A stretch of DNA of 64,000 bases from contig NC_087436.1 in NCBI RefSeq assembly GCF_036321535.1, positions 23,004,001 to 23,068,000 of the forward strand, read 5' to 3'. The DNA comes from Camelus dromedarius. Lineage: Eukaryota. Made by a program: the position numbers and the translations under genes. Positions 37,473-49,735 of the stretch are shown one piece after another. Positions within the stretch are counted from its first letter, which is position 1. Each line of letters starts with the position of its first letter. A model generated the notes under the pieces. That model worked only from the letters and a program-made list of their open reading frames with translations, ran no database searches and was not told the DNA's origin.

Positions 37473-39326
37473 GAGGAGGTGTAAGAATGACCAGTGCAGG
37501 GAGAAAAATCACTTAGGGTGTAAGAGTAAGTACTGGCTTCTGTGGGTGGGAGACTCAGGGAAGGCTTCTCTGTGTGAATAGATATATCCTCTTATCGATG
37601 AGGCAGATGAGACTGGGGAATACGAGGTGGCTTAAATAAGGCCAAACGACTTAAATGGCTAAAACAGCTATTGATTGGCCCTGCTGTCTTTCTGACTCCA
37701 GCATGTGTGCAGGAAACACAACAGACCCTGTCTCCCAGGAACGGTCAAGGGGACCAGAATGTTCGGCATTTTTTCCCAGGAGGAACACCAGTCAGTGAGC
37801 AAATTTAGATTAGGAACTTGTTCCTTGAATGTAGAGCCTGAACACAGAGAGGTCGATTCCAGCTTTGGGGTTGGGAGTGAAGGGGACACTTCATCCTGTG
37901 TCAGCCCCTCCCTCACGCTGCTGCCCTGGGACCGGCCTTCTTCCAGCGCCCAGCTCAGGGCTTTTTGTGTGAGTGAGTCATTCTACCTATAGGACCCTAC
38001 TTTTCCTCCGTCTCCTTCATGTGTACAATGTCTGTGCAGCCCTTGGGTCTGAGCTTTGGCACCTGTGAAGGGAAATTCCTCTGTGTACCCAAACTAGGAT
38101 AGATCTCTCAGTTACAAGCCTCCCGCCAACTCCGTGTTCTTCTAATGCAATACTTAGTACTGTTGTCATTAAGTCATTTATTTATATTTTATTAGTGCCT
38201 CCCTCTCCTGTTAAACTACCAAAGGGAAGGTGCCAAATCACTATCATGCTGATTCCCAGGGAGGAGCAGAGTTCTTGGCACATATCACTTGTTGGACGGA
38301 TGCATGGATAAAAGAACTAATAAGTGTGACATATACCTTCCAAGCAGTAAATCTGCAGGGACTTCTAAACAATCATCTGGAAACACGACACGTCCAGGTT
38401 GCTCCTCTCCTTTTCCTCATCCCGGTCTGAGCAGATCCCGTCCATAGCTAATCCCATCCTTGGCACGTGGGTTCTTCTCAGTGTCAGTTTCAGAGGTAGC
38501 ACTTCCTGAGCTCTTCTCTAATTTCGGGTGTCCTTTGTAAGCATTCGCACCTAAAGCCTTCTAACACAGAGAAAACTGTTAGAACTGTGAGAACAATAGA
38601 AGATGAGAGTGAGGGAACAGGAGGGAAGGATTCCAAGAATAGTGCACATTGAGGAGAGAGAGTCAGGCATGGATGGTGTGCCCTAAGGATGCCCTGTTAA
38701 AAGACAGACAGTCCTCTTTCTTCTTGCCCCAGGCTGGAAATTCTGACTGCTTCTGCCTGTGGTCTGGAGTCTTGTCAGTGAGAAGACTCTGACTCGAGCA
38801 GTCCCTGATATCTCTGAGTGGGCTCTTGTGAGCCAAGCTGAGAGAAAGCTCAGTTAGAAGTTCCCCCACCACACCTACCAAATGCCCCTCTTATCCTGCC
38901 ACTCGGAGCACGGCTCCTGCGGGCTGGCACGTGAGGATGGCAGTAATGCAAGCACATCAGCTGTATAAACCGTAAACCATACTTTTCACTCTGGCCTCTG
39001 ATGTGACAACCACCAGCCTGGCAACAGCCTAAAACGTCACTTGGGCTGTGAAGTGCTTCCAGGAGCACTTCTGCCCCTTTTGTGTGAGACCCCAAATATC
39101 AACAGAAATGGGGCTTTATTTTGCAGTTGTCTTCTGACTGTGGGAAAAGACATTTTGGATTGATTTAAAAGTTGCCACTCTCAGGTTATCCTGAAAGGTC
39201 TGTGCAAGTTTCCCCATGTGCATTCTTTCCACTAAGAGATTCTTCCTATCGAGAAAGCAAGAAGTCTCTCTGTTTCTACAAACTTTACATTTTCTGAAAT
39301 TTGGAAGACTCAGATGCAAATGATAG

Positions 39327-39656
<330 letters not shown>

Positions 39657-42600
39657 TAATGTCTGTCTTTCCCCGTTACCCGCAAAGCAGGGAGAAAATG
39701 TCATACCTGGATTTCCTGTGTCCCCTCAGTTCCATAGCAGTGGCGTCATCTGACGAGGCCGTAAGAGATCTCCCACGTCTGAAAACCCCTCTCACTTTTT
39801 CTCAGTCTGAGAACATCTTGACCCTCCCACCATATGCATCTTATTTGTCCGTGAGTTGAGATGCTGCCTGAGCAGCTCGTAGGCTTCTCTTCCAGGCTGC
39901 AGAGCACGAGAGCGGGTGGGACCCCGGCAGAGGCCTGATGGGCCAGCGGTCCACTGCTGACCTCCGGGTCATCACCCTGCACTGTCATCAAGCAGACCTG
40001 CAGCCATACTTTCAGAGATCACCCACAATCAGCCGAATTCCAGAGGAAACAAGCTCTTCCCAACAATCGGAGGGGAGGCCAGCCGCTGGGAATCTGGCCC
40101 AGGGCCTCTGCTGAGCTCAGATCTCCGTGGAGAGCTGGAGCGAGCAGGAAACCAGAGCCAGAACAGTGTAATTCTAGCGCTACCGTCAAGCTGGTGCCCC
40201 CAGTTATATGTTTTATAAAATTGAGTCTCTACCCCCTTGCAGAGAATCCGTCCCACCCCACAGCAGTTGGCTGGCTTGGTGCTCTGGGGGAGGGCTTCCC
40301 TAGGACCATATCAAGTGAAGGCCACAGACTAGTGGTTGGGGAGCTACCAGCTGCTGGGGTGAGGGCAGGATGCTAGCCAGGCCCCCAGATCCAAGGGCGG
40401 CACAGAGAGAGGTGAGGAAAACATAGGCGCCGTCTAGAAGAAGCTAGACATGCTGGATGCAGAGACCAGCCTCCCCCTTCCCCGCTCCGCTTTGCAGCCC
40501 CCTCCCTCTTGTCACTCCTCACTGCTAATGGCAGAGAATAAATAGAATTTTTAAAGTCCCAAGATGTCACTGAAGAAGAAAGGATCAGGTCAGATATCAA
40601 AGGCCTTCTTTAATGCCAAAAGGCTAATTATCCCAGGAATATCAGAGTGTCTCCGTTGGAGAGGGCACACCTGAAGCATCACAAAGCCCTGAATTGGCTG
40701 TGTGTTCTCCCCTGTACCAGCTGCCTCCGTGGCAGATGTATGCTGATTTTCCCAGTTGACACACCAAACACAGATCAACTTGTATGACTATAGCTTTGAG
40801 CTAGAATCTGAAAGGCAGTGCATTAAATTTTCAGATCAGAGTTGTAAATGCATAACACATTCAAGGTGAAAATCAGTGACAATGAACACAAAACATTAGT
40901 AAAACCCCAACATCTCCACCAGATACTGGCGACTTACAAAATTAAACTCAGCGTTTGCACGTTGCACATTCCTGGCTCTAACTGGTTCTTACCAGGGAAG
41001 AGGGAAATGTAGGTATGTGTGTGCTTGCATGTGTGTATGTGTGTCTTTGGTCTCCAGAATCTTCAGCATATTCACAGTTAAAGGTAAACAGTCACATCAT
41101 TGGACCTAGTTCTTCTTGCTTAGGATATTTTCAAAGCTCCCAGTTATCATTCCCAGTGCTCCTTGGTCAGGACAGTGGAGCAGACCATCCCCAGTGGTTA
41201 AATTTTGGACTAAGTAGTATTTGACTCCAGACTTTTCATGGGGAGGTGTAACTTCTCCATGTTGTAAAAAAACACTCGAAAAGACAGCCAGTAATTGTTT
41301 TAAGATAGAATTATTGTGTGGCCTTTTGGCTTATTTCCGAAATGAGTAGTAATATTTTAACTTTTAGTGGTTGGGTGTCCTGGCCATGGTTTGATGCCTG
41401 TCAAGTCTGGATAGGATTTTACTTGGCACACTTGACTTCCAGAAAAATAAACATCAGTAGCATCTCTGGATTTTGCCAAGGATTCTTAAAGCCCAGCAGA
41501 ACGGGAACATAGGGCGCACCCGAGCTCCCCCCAGAGAACGGAACAGCCTCTGTGAAGAAGGCAGGCGTGTGTGCCAGTCCTCACAAAGCACCAGGGTGTG
41601 TGCCTGCCCTCCGTGCCCTCCGGAGGCTTTTCTGGTATTGTCCCAGAGGATGACACTGAGTCTGGATCTGGGAGGAATTTTGAAAGTTCTGCTCCACCCT
41701 TTGCCGTCGGGTAGCACTCTGCCTAAAGTACACCAAAGAGATGATGTTTTTACTCCATTCTTCTACATTTCCATGTAAATGGACAGGCTCCCAGCCTTCT
41801 CAATTAGAAAACGCTACCTGCAGCTAACTGAAACCCTTGCCTGGCAGCTTAAAGAAATTGTTTTACAGTTTTCCTAAACTCCTTTAACTCCATTTCTTCT
41901 TAATCAAAGAAGATTGGAAAGAGCCTGTCAGTCTCTCTCTGATAACTGGTGCCCCTTAGTCCTACATCTTTCAGAGAGCATTTCTTTGCCTCCTTCTCAA
42001 TATGCTGAGTTCAGTAAATGTTTGCAGCATTGTAGCCCTTCAGAGGGTGAAGGATGCCAGTCCCAGAGTCGTGTTTATGAAATTCACCCTGAATCCTCCT
42101 TTGAACAACGTCCACTCACCAAAGACTCGGTTGCGATCCTGATCCATTAGATTGTCCAAATACAGGGTTTTGTGTTTGACTTGGGGCTTTGTTTTGTCGT
42201 TTTTAACTGAGTAGCCTTGTGCCTGCCTGAGCTATAAGGCAAGTAAATATAAGTGGAAAGCTAAGAGCTGGGGACATTTTCATTTTGTAAGTGGACTTCT
42301 CTAAAGTGAGCAAACAGTATGAGCATGGCTCCCAGACTGTGAAGTTCCCATTACAACGGTATCTTTTTCCATTTTATTTTGCCAAGAGAAATAAAATACT
42401 GAACTGAAAGGGGCATGGGGAGTCCTTATTGTCAGAGTGTTTTCATCCCTTTATCTGCATTAAAGTGCTTCCCCGTCCTTTCTGTCCAGCCAGGTCCAGG
42501 GGAGTCTTTGTAGGATGACAGAACACATCAGTGAGCCCCCCTGTAAGGTACCGTGTAACACGGTCTTTCTTATCCCAGCAAATACCTTCTCCTACTGCTA

Positions 42601-43264
42601 TTATCCTGGTATGAATAGGATGGTTGTTGTTGAGTAGACAGTCCCTTGCAGCCGGTGTAGTCACAAGCCCCTCACTATTTAGCAGTTGGTTTATTCGAGG
42701 CGTTTACCAGCTGACCTGAATTTGAATCCCTATACGGTATTCACTTATAAATGGGGTTTGACACCTCTTACTAAACATTATGACTGTAATTTCTCTTAGA
42801 GGGGTATAAACTGGGTTTCTTTTCAAAATATTATTCTATTTGATGAACCATTTCGAGGGGATATAAACTGTGAGGTTCTGTAAAGTTGGTCTATTAAATA
42901 TTATATCTAAGCCAAATTATCCGTGCCTGCTCCCGCTAACAGTCTGAGTGAGCTAATTCACTTTTTCTTGTTTCCTCTCCCCATTCTGTGCAAGACGTAA
43001 CACTATTCCTCTTCGTCCATAAAGTCAAAGCGAACACCCTGCTTCAAAATTAATAAAGTAGTTTTTAAAGAGAATAAGAAAGAAAACAAGAACAATATCA
43101 ACAAAGTCAGCATTTTGAAAAAGATGTCAACTCTTAATACATATATGGTCACATTTAGATGCTTACGGCTGAGCGGACGACCAGCACAGCACCCTCACTG
43201 GGAAAGCCTCTCCTCCCTGACACCCACACACAATTGGTTCTGCTCACAAGCACATTTACACAGT

Positions 43265-43710
43265 TGTAGGAGAGTGAAGGAAATTATTTTTCCTTCCACC
43301 TTCCCAGGTTCTCCAGCTGGGCCCTGTAAATTAAACTCCTACCAGACAGATTAACAAGAGAAAATCAAGCACACGTTTATTAACACATGTGTCGTGCATA
43401 CACATAGGAGCGCTTGGTGATAAGTGACTCAAAGGGGTGGAAGGTAAATGCATGAGGGAAAGCAGTGGCAGATAAGGGCACGTTAGTCAGGTTTGTTGTA
43501 TGTTCCATTTTGGCATCAACTCCGGGTCGCTGGTGATAAGAATGTCCTTCCCTTCCTGGCACAGAGAAGGGGACAGCCTTACACATTTATTTCCTGCTTT
43601 TAGGCAAATAGAGGAAGGGCGGAGAGCATTTCTTTACCAACTTCTCAACTGTTTCAACTACCAATCCTTATGCCAACCTAGCATATTTTAGGGTGGTATT
43701 TTCTGCCCCA
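43265..43710 (-). mobile_element. ERV1 solo LTR (tentatively MER34-group-like)
   Basis: TG...CA ends and a 4-bp TSD cagt (43261-43264 and 43711-43714). The minus strand starts tggggcagaaaataccaccctaaaatatgc. Confidence 0.8.
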
Positions 43711-43954
43711 CAGTGGCATGCCTTACCCCTGCACAGAAATTGAGTTTTTAAAGTATTCCCTCGACTCTACCCTTAATTGATCTAGGATCTGGGTAGGTAC
43801 TAACTTTCCCACGTTTTCAGAGCAGTAAACTGAGACTCATAAAATTTTCAAATCGACATTTACTGAGCACTTAGTAATTGTCAGGCACTATGTGAGGGCT
43901 TGCAGTTCAAGATCGATATACTTTAAAAAGCTTGTTCACTTTAAAAAGCTTGTT

Positions 43955-44319
43955 TCTCACTTGTATGTGGAATAGAAACAGAAAAGTGATTGGTAATTGC
44001 AGGGGATTGGGGGTAGGTGAAATGGGTGAAGGAGGTCAAAAGGCATAAACTCCCAGTTATAAAATAAGTAAGTCCTGGGGATTTAATGTACAACATAGTT
44101 ACTATAGTTAAAACTGTATTGTATATTTGAAAGTTGCTAAGAGAGTAGGTCTTAAAAGTTCTCATCACAAGAATAGAACTTTTGTAACTAATAACTAAAT
44201 TTATTGTGGTGATCACTTTGTACTATATACATATATCAAATCATTATGGTGTACACCTTAAAGTAATACAATATTCCATGCCAATTACATTATCTCATTA
44301 AAACTAGGATTAAAAAAAA
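43955..44319 (+). mobile_element. 5'-truncated L1 (L1MA-like) 3' UTR with poly(A), inserted in an L2
   Basis: ctcacttgtatgtggaat...gaaagttgctaagagagtag...A tail. TSD aaaaagcttgt (43943-43953 and 44320-44330) at a TTT/AAAAA site. Confidence 0.85.
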
Positions 44320-44330
44320 AAAAAGCTTGT

Positions 44331-44800
44331 GGACTAGTAAAGGGAGACAAACACAGTAACAGATGACCATAACGGAGTGGGAGAGTGTGAAAAGAGTTAC
44401 AGTGTCAAAGATGACTGCCTGGGAGGGAGCATCACTTAGAAAAGGGACATTTGGCCTGGGAATTGAGGGCTGATGAGGAGTTCACCAGGGTTGATTTGAG
44501 ACCTTGGGATAGGAGAGGGGAAGGGGAAGATGTCATCCCAAATAGAGGAACAGCATACACTAAAGCACTGAGATAGGGCATAGATGGTGGATTCTGTGTG
44601 CTTCCAAAGGCTGAAGGGAGGGCCAGAAAAGGAGGCTGGGGTTAGACTGTCCAGTGCCTGTTTTTCTATACTACAGAGCTTATAATTCATTCTTTAGGAG
44701 AAAAAAAAAAGAATCATACATGTGTTTTTTAAAAAGAGTGCTCTGATGAGAAAGTGGAGAATGGAGTATCCTGGGTTAAAAACCAGGGGAGATTAGGAGA
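44331..44800 (-). mobile_element. L2 fragment (continues from about 43850-43920)
   Basis: catttactgagcacttag...tcaggcactatg upstream; ctagtaaagggagaca...gagttcaccagg...cccaaatagaggaacagcat downstream. Confidence 0.6.
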
Positions 44801-46089
44801 CTGGAAGGAGGGTGGTAAATGTTCAAAACCTACTTGCCCATGTCCAATATCTCAATCGGTAAATTTGGTGGATCAGTCCTTCAGTGAGTTGACTTTTGAC
44901 AACTCAGATTTCCATGAATTGGCTCACTGCTAATAGAGACAGAGAAGGCAGAGAGAAAAGAGAATACGGGGGAAGAGGGCATGAGCTGAATTTGAGGTTT
45001 TTGTGGGATGATGGAGAGACTTCCAACTGACTGTGGGAAACACAGATGTGGACTCAGGAGACTGATTTAAGAGGGGAAATCTAGGACAGGAGTCCAGCGG
45101 TTTGAATTTCTTGCCTTGTGCTCCCAATGAGCCCAGGAATTGTAGATTTTATCTTTTAATCAGCTTCGAACACAATGTAGTCATTGTGCTGTTAATTCAA
45201 TAAATATCAACCCAGAACTCTCCTCGCCTAATCCTGCCCACCCTGACCTGCCTCCTTTGGGAGTACAGAACTGTGTCACTGTCATCACTCGGGGCCATGT
45301 TGCTGTTCAGACTGGAGCAAAAAAAAAATTGGTTAATAGCTATTCTTAATACTTCTCAAGACCGTATCTCTCCACCACCACCTTTTTAAAATAACTTTTT
45401 TTGAGTTCTGGTAAAGGCAGAACAACTGAAAATCATTTTTTAAAAGCTGCTTGTGGAAGAGATATCAATATCTTCAATGCCACTTCCAACAGCAGCACTA
45501 AGACCAAAGAGTAAAATTTCAAAATCACCTTGTAAGAGAATAATCTAACAAAGCTGGCCGGCACAGCCTGCCTTGCAAAGCAGAGAGCACACCACCCCCG
45601 CCACAACCCCGCCGCCCCTGCCCATTTCTTTATTGTTCGAGTGAAGGCATGACAAATATTTGAAGGGAAGAGTCCTATAGTGGGTGGGTAATTAGACACC
45701 CTAGTTTTGTGATTGCAAGATTTTAATTTAGAGGGTTTAACAAATGTATGATCAACTGCATGTTGATTGATATTGATATTGATAAGGAGGAGCTATCATT
45801 ATAAATAAATGTTATTCCCCCTACATAACTATAGTAATGTATGGGTATTGCTACTCCTGGAATTAAAACCTTGTATCTAGATCTAAATGGAACCTTTGGA
45901 AAGAAAATTTGGGAAGATGTTTTCATGTTAATGACAGGAACTATATGTGAAATGTCTTTAAGTAAAGTGGTTCAGGAAGAAAACAGTAAAGAACTTGGTT
46001 TTCCTTCGGGACAAAATATCTATGCTGTAGCATCTCATCTCTCACTTGATGACATACACTAAGAACAGGTCCTTTTGTGCTCCTGTCAG

Positions 46090-46300
46090 CCCAATGCCGA
46101 CTGCCTGGACGACTTGCCCACCGACTTCGAGGGATCTCTGGGAGGTCCGCCAACCAACCAGATCACAGGCGCAAGCGACACGACCGTAAACGAAAGTTCG
46201 GTCACTTTGGACCCTGCTGTCCGGACTGTGGGAGCCTTGCAGGTGGTCCAGGATACAGATGCCACCCCGCAGGAGGGAGAAATCATCTTTACTACCAACA
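46090..46300 (+). CDS. RNF150: RNF150 coding exon (exon 6), acidic/Ser-Thr-rich cytoplasmic tail
   Basis: Acceptor ccttttgtgctcctgtcAG (46088-46089) and donor ACA|GTAAGT (46301). 211 nt, phase 0 to 1. Encodes PNADCLDDLPTDFEGSLGGPPTNQITGASDTTVNESSVTLDPAVRTVGALQVVQDTDATPQEGEIIFTTN(S). Confidence 0.95.
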
Positions 46301-47664
46301 GTAAGTTCCGCCTTGCCATATTCAAGCGCCATCTTCCAAAGGGATGTTGCCTCATGGGAACTGGGAAAAGACACTTTTCCTCTAGAAGAAATAAATAAAT
46401 AAAGGAGTATAACGTTGCCAGGCTAAACAATCATACCTGACAGACCTTGAGAAGCCCAGCTCACTCCAGAGCCAGCAGGGCAGACAGCAGACCTAGCCCA
46501 CACAGCGATACCACGGCACTGCACACATCCCGTGGTACCCGAAGCAGGCTAGGTAGTGGCTCTGGCCTCTGAGAGTGGAGGCAGGTGGGAAAAGCAACTT
46601 CAGGGGATGTGCAGTGGGGCTGGGATAGGGCACAACCCCAGTCACTCGTGTGCTTGTGTGTGTGTGTGTGCACATGCTTGAGCCTTCCCGAGTATGCACG
46701 TGGCTCTCTAGGCTGGTCTGGACCGCATGCAAGACGGTGCTCGCCCCTGTTGCTACAGGACTCGGGTGCAACTGGCATCCCTTTAGATGGGCGATCCTGC
46801 AGTGCGATCTAAACCCCTGTACACAGTGACATATTAAAATGTCTTTGGGGTTTCTTCCCCATCTCTGGCATAGACTTGAAGTAAGTGCTGTTCCATTTGC
46901 TGGTATTTACAAAATATTAAAATAGCTATGTTAGCAAACAACTGAAGCTAAAACCTAAAGTATTTACTCCACAGACTAACACGGGAGAGATGAAAGCTTC
47001 AGGAGTTCTAGGAGAATCAGCATGCAAATGAACTTAGGTTCAGGTTAAAAGGATAGATGGATATTACAGTTTTTAAATGAGGTGTATTTTTTCCCTTGAT
47101 AGAAGTAACCTGTTCACTATAGAAAATTTGGAAACGTAGAAAAGCAGATGAAAGCGTATTGGGATAGTTCCTTTTACGTTAGCCTCTTTTTCTTTTTTTT
47201 ACATATTTGTAATGTTTATATAATACAAAAAATTATTCACACTGAAATTTAAAGATACATTTTTCTGATGAAGAAACATGACAGTCCTCAATGTTGAAAG
47301 ACTGAAAGATGAAGAAAAGAATTTTTTTAAATGTAGAAATCACTCAGTACCCCACTACCCAGAAATAACCACTCCTAACATTTTGATCATCTTTTCTGAT
47401 ATGGTTGAGACAATAACCATAGGGGTGAACGTTCAGTGTTGTAACCACTAAAAGTTAGAACTTCCACAGGACCTTGACAGAGAGTAACTTCAAGAGGAAC
47501 TAGGTGGTAAATATCTGCCCTTGCAGGGTTTATTAGTTTGTGATGGACATGAGTTTTAGGTAGACTTTTAGAGGCATAAGGACCTCGATATTGAAACATT
47601 GACCATTAAACATTAAAAAAATCCTTAAAGAGAGATTTTGATTCGTTTGTTTTGAAGGTCTGGA

Positions 47665-47935
47665 GTGGTACTGTACAATATAATGTAAGCCGCAAAAGCA
47701 ATTTTAGATTTTCAATAGTCACACTAAAATAAAAATAATAAGTTGTTCAAGTTCATTTTAATAATATATTTTATTTAACCTAATATATCTAAAATATTTC
47801 ACCTTCTTTTTTGATACCAACTCTTCAAAATCTGGTGTGTATTCTATGCTTTGAGCACATCTCAGTTTAGACTAGCCCCATTTCAAGTGCTCAGAAGCCA
47901 TGTGGGGCCAGTGGCTATCATATTGGAGAACACAG
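47665..47935. mobile_element. MER33-like hAT-Charlie element
   Basis: ttttaataatatattttatttaacc...tcttcaaaatctggtgtgtatt...gcacatctcagtttagactagccccatttcaagtgctc...atgtggggccagtggcta. Confidence 0.75.
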
Positions 47936-48761
47936 ATTTAGAATCCTCATAATTTACAGATATAAGAACCTTAAAGGTCATTTAATCTTTACAGTGATAA
48001 ACTTCTGATTTTCACCATGAGAAAGTTGTGGCCCAGAGGAATAAGTGGCTGACTCAAGTCAAACAATTAAGTTCTCTTTTCTGAGAACAAGATTGTTCCA
48101 TAATTTTTCCTTTTATTGGACATCTTCAATTACCGTCAGGTATATCACCATCGTGGCCTAAGTGAAGTTATTTTTAAAAGCCTGATAAAATTTTGCTAGC
48201 AGTTCAAAAACATTTAAGGCATGAGCCTTTTTTTGAGCCCATAAAAAGAACCAAATTAAAAGGGTCATATTTCTTGCAATAAAATAATTATTTAATTTTC
48301 AAGGGAAAATGTGTCATCTGTTAGCATCCTTATTCTGAAAAGTAGCTACCTACTTCACCCATCTCAGTAAAGCCCAGATGACAAATGAAAAGGCATAGTT
48401 TATGGGTTAAAACACATCCAAAAATGAAATGGGAAATTAAGGTCTGTATTCATATAATTTATAATCCCAAATGGTTTTTGCTAAAATAGACTCAGAGTGT
48501 TTAGGTTCCTAGCAGGGATTCAGTAGATGTTTACCGAACAGCGTGAGGTGAAAGGACTCAATTAAGCTTGAAGCGGGGAGCTTTTGTTCACAACAGAAGG
48601 AAAAATGCTAGGTAATTTCAAAGGATGGTCTTGGTAAAGATGAAGGCATGAGGCTGCGTCTGCAGTCTGAAGACTGATGCCGTGTATCAGTACGGCTGAA
48701 GATACCAATCCGTCTCTGAGTACAGAAACTGAATTTTTCCCAAATACTTTTCTTAGACCAT

Positions 48762-49100
48762 TTCTTTCTTTTTTTTTTTATTGAAGTATAGTTGATTTAC
48801 AATGTTTCAGGTATATAGAAAAGTGATTCAGTTATACGTACAAATTTTTCAGATTTTTTTTCCGTTACAGTTATTACAAGATATGGAATACATTCCCCTG
48901 TGCTGTACAGTAGGTCCTTGTTGTTTGTCTATTTTATATATAGTAATGTGTATCTGTTAATCCCAGATTTCCAGTTTATCCCTCCCCCGACTTTGGTAAC
49001 CATAAGTTTGTTTTGTGTGTCTGAGTCTATTTCTGTTTTGTAAATAAGTTCATTTGTATCAGTTTTAGGCTTCACATATGAGTGATATCATACAATATTT
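48762..49100 (-). mobile_element. 5'-truncated L1 3' end
   Basis: Poly-T followed by ttattgaagtatagttgatttacaatg...ctgtgctgtacagtaggtccttgttg...gtaaataagttcatttgtatc. Confidence 0.85.
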
Positions 49101-49534
49101 GAGACTGTTGATTTCTGATTAGTTTTATTTCTTGGGATTTTACACACTATTCCAAACATGGTCATTTTGATTAGATGTTAATGGTTTATACCACTAACCA
49201 AATGGCTGTAGATTCCTTAAGGGGAAAATTATCTGCTCTATACAGGTTTGTAAATTGCCTAGTGCCCTAACTCAAATAAATAGTCCATAAGTGAACAAAC
49301 ACTGATGCATGAATAAATGAGTGAAAAGATTCAAGTTCTTATCAACATCACTGTAACCAACTTTCTAACGCTATTGAAAAAAAAACGCAGCTAGAAAAGG
49401 AAGTATAGTTGGGATCCAGTCTTGCTACAAATCACAAATAACCCACTAGACATTGGACCTGACTGTTTTCTACATTATCCTTTCCTACCTCACATCTACA
49501 AACCCAAGAAACTACTAGAAAATGAAAAAATAAC

Positions 49535-49735
49535 AGTAGCTAACAAGTACACAGCGCCCACTATGGCCCAGGCACCCTTTTAACTGTTTACATCTGTTAT
49601 CTCACAGCAACCCTATGAGGTAAATATTATTTTTAACCTCATTTGACTGATGCAGAAACAGCAGCACGGAGAGATTAAAGTAACTGACCCGAGGTCATGA
49701 GCTCATGACAGGTGGAGCTGGAATTCTAAGTTCAT
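49535..49735 (-). mobile_element. MIR
   Basis: ctcacagcaaccctatgagg...gagattaaagtaactgacccgaggtca...ggagctggaattc. Confidence 0.7.
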
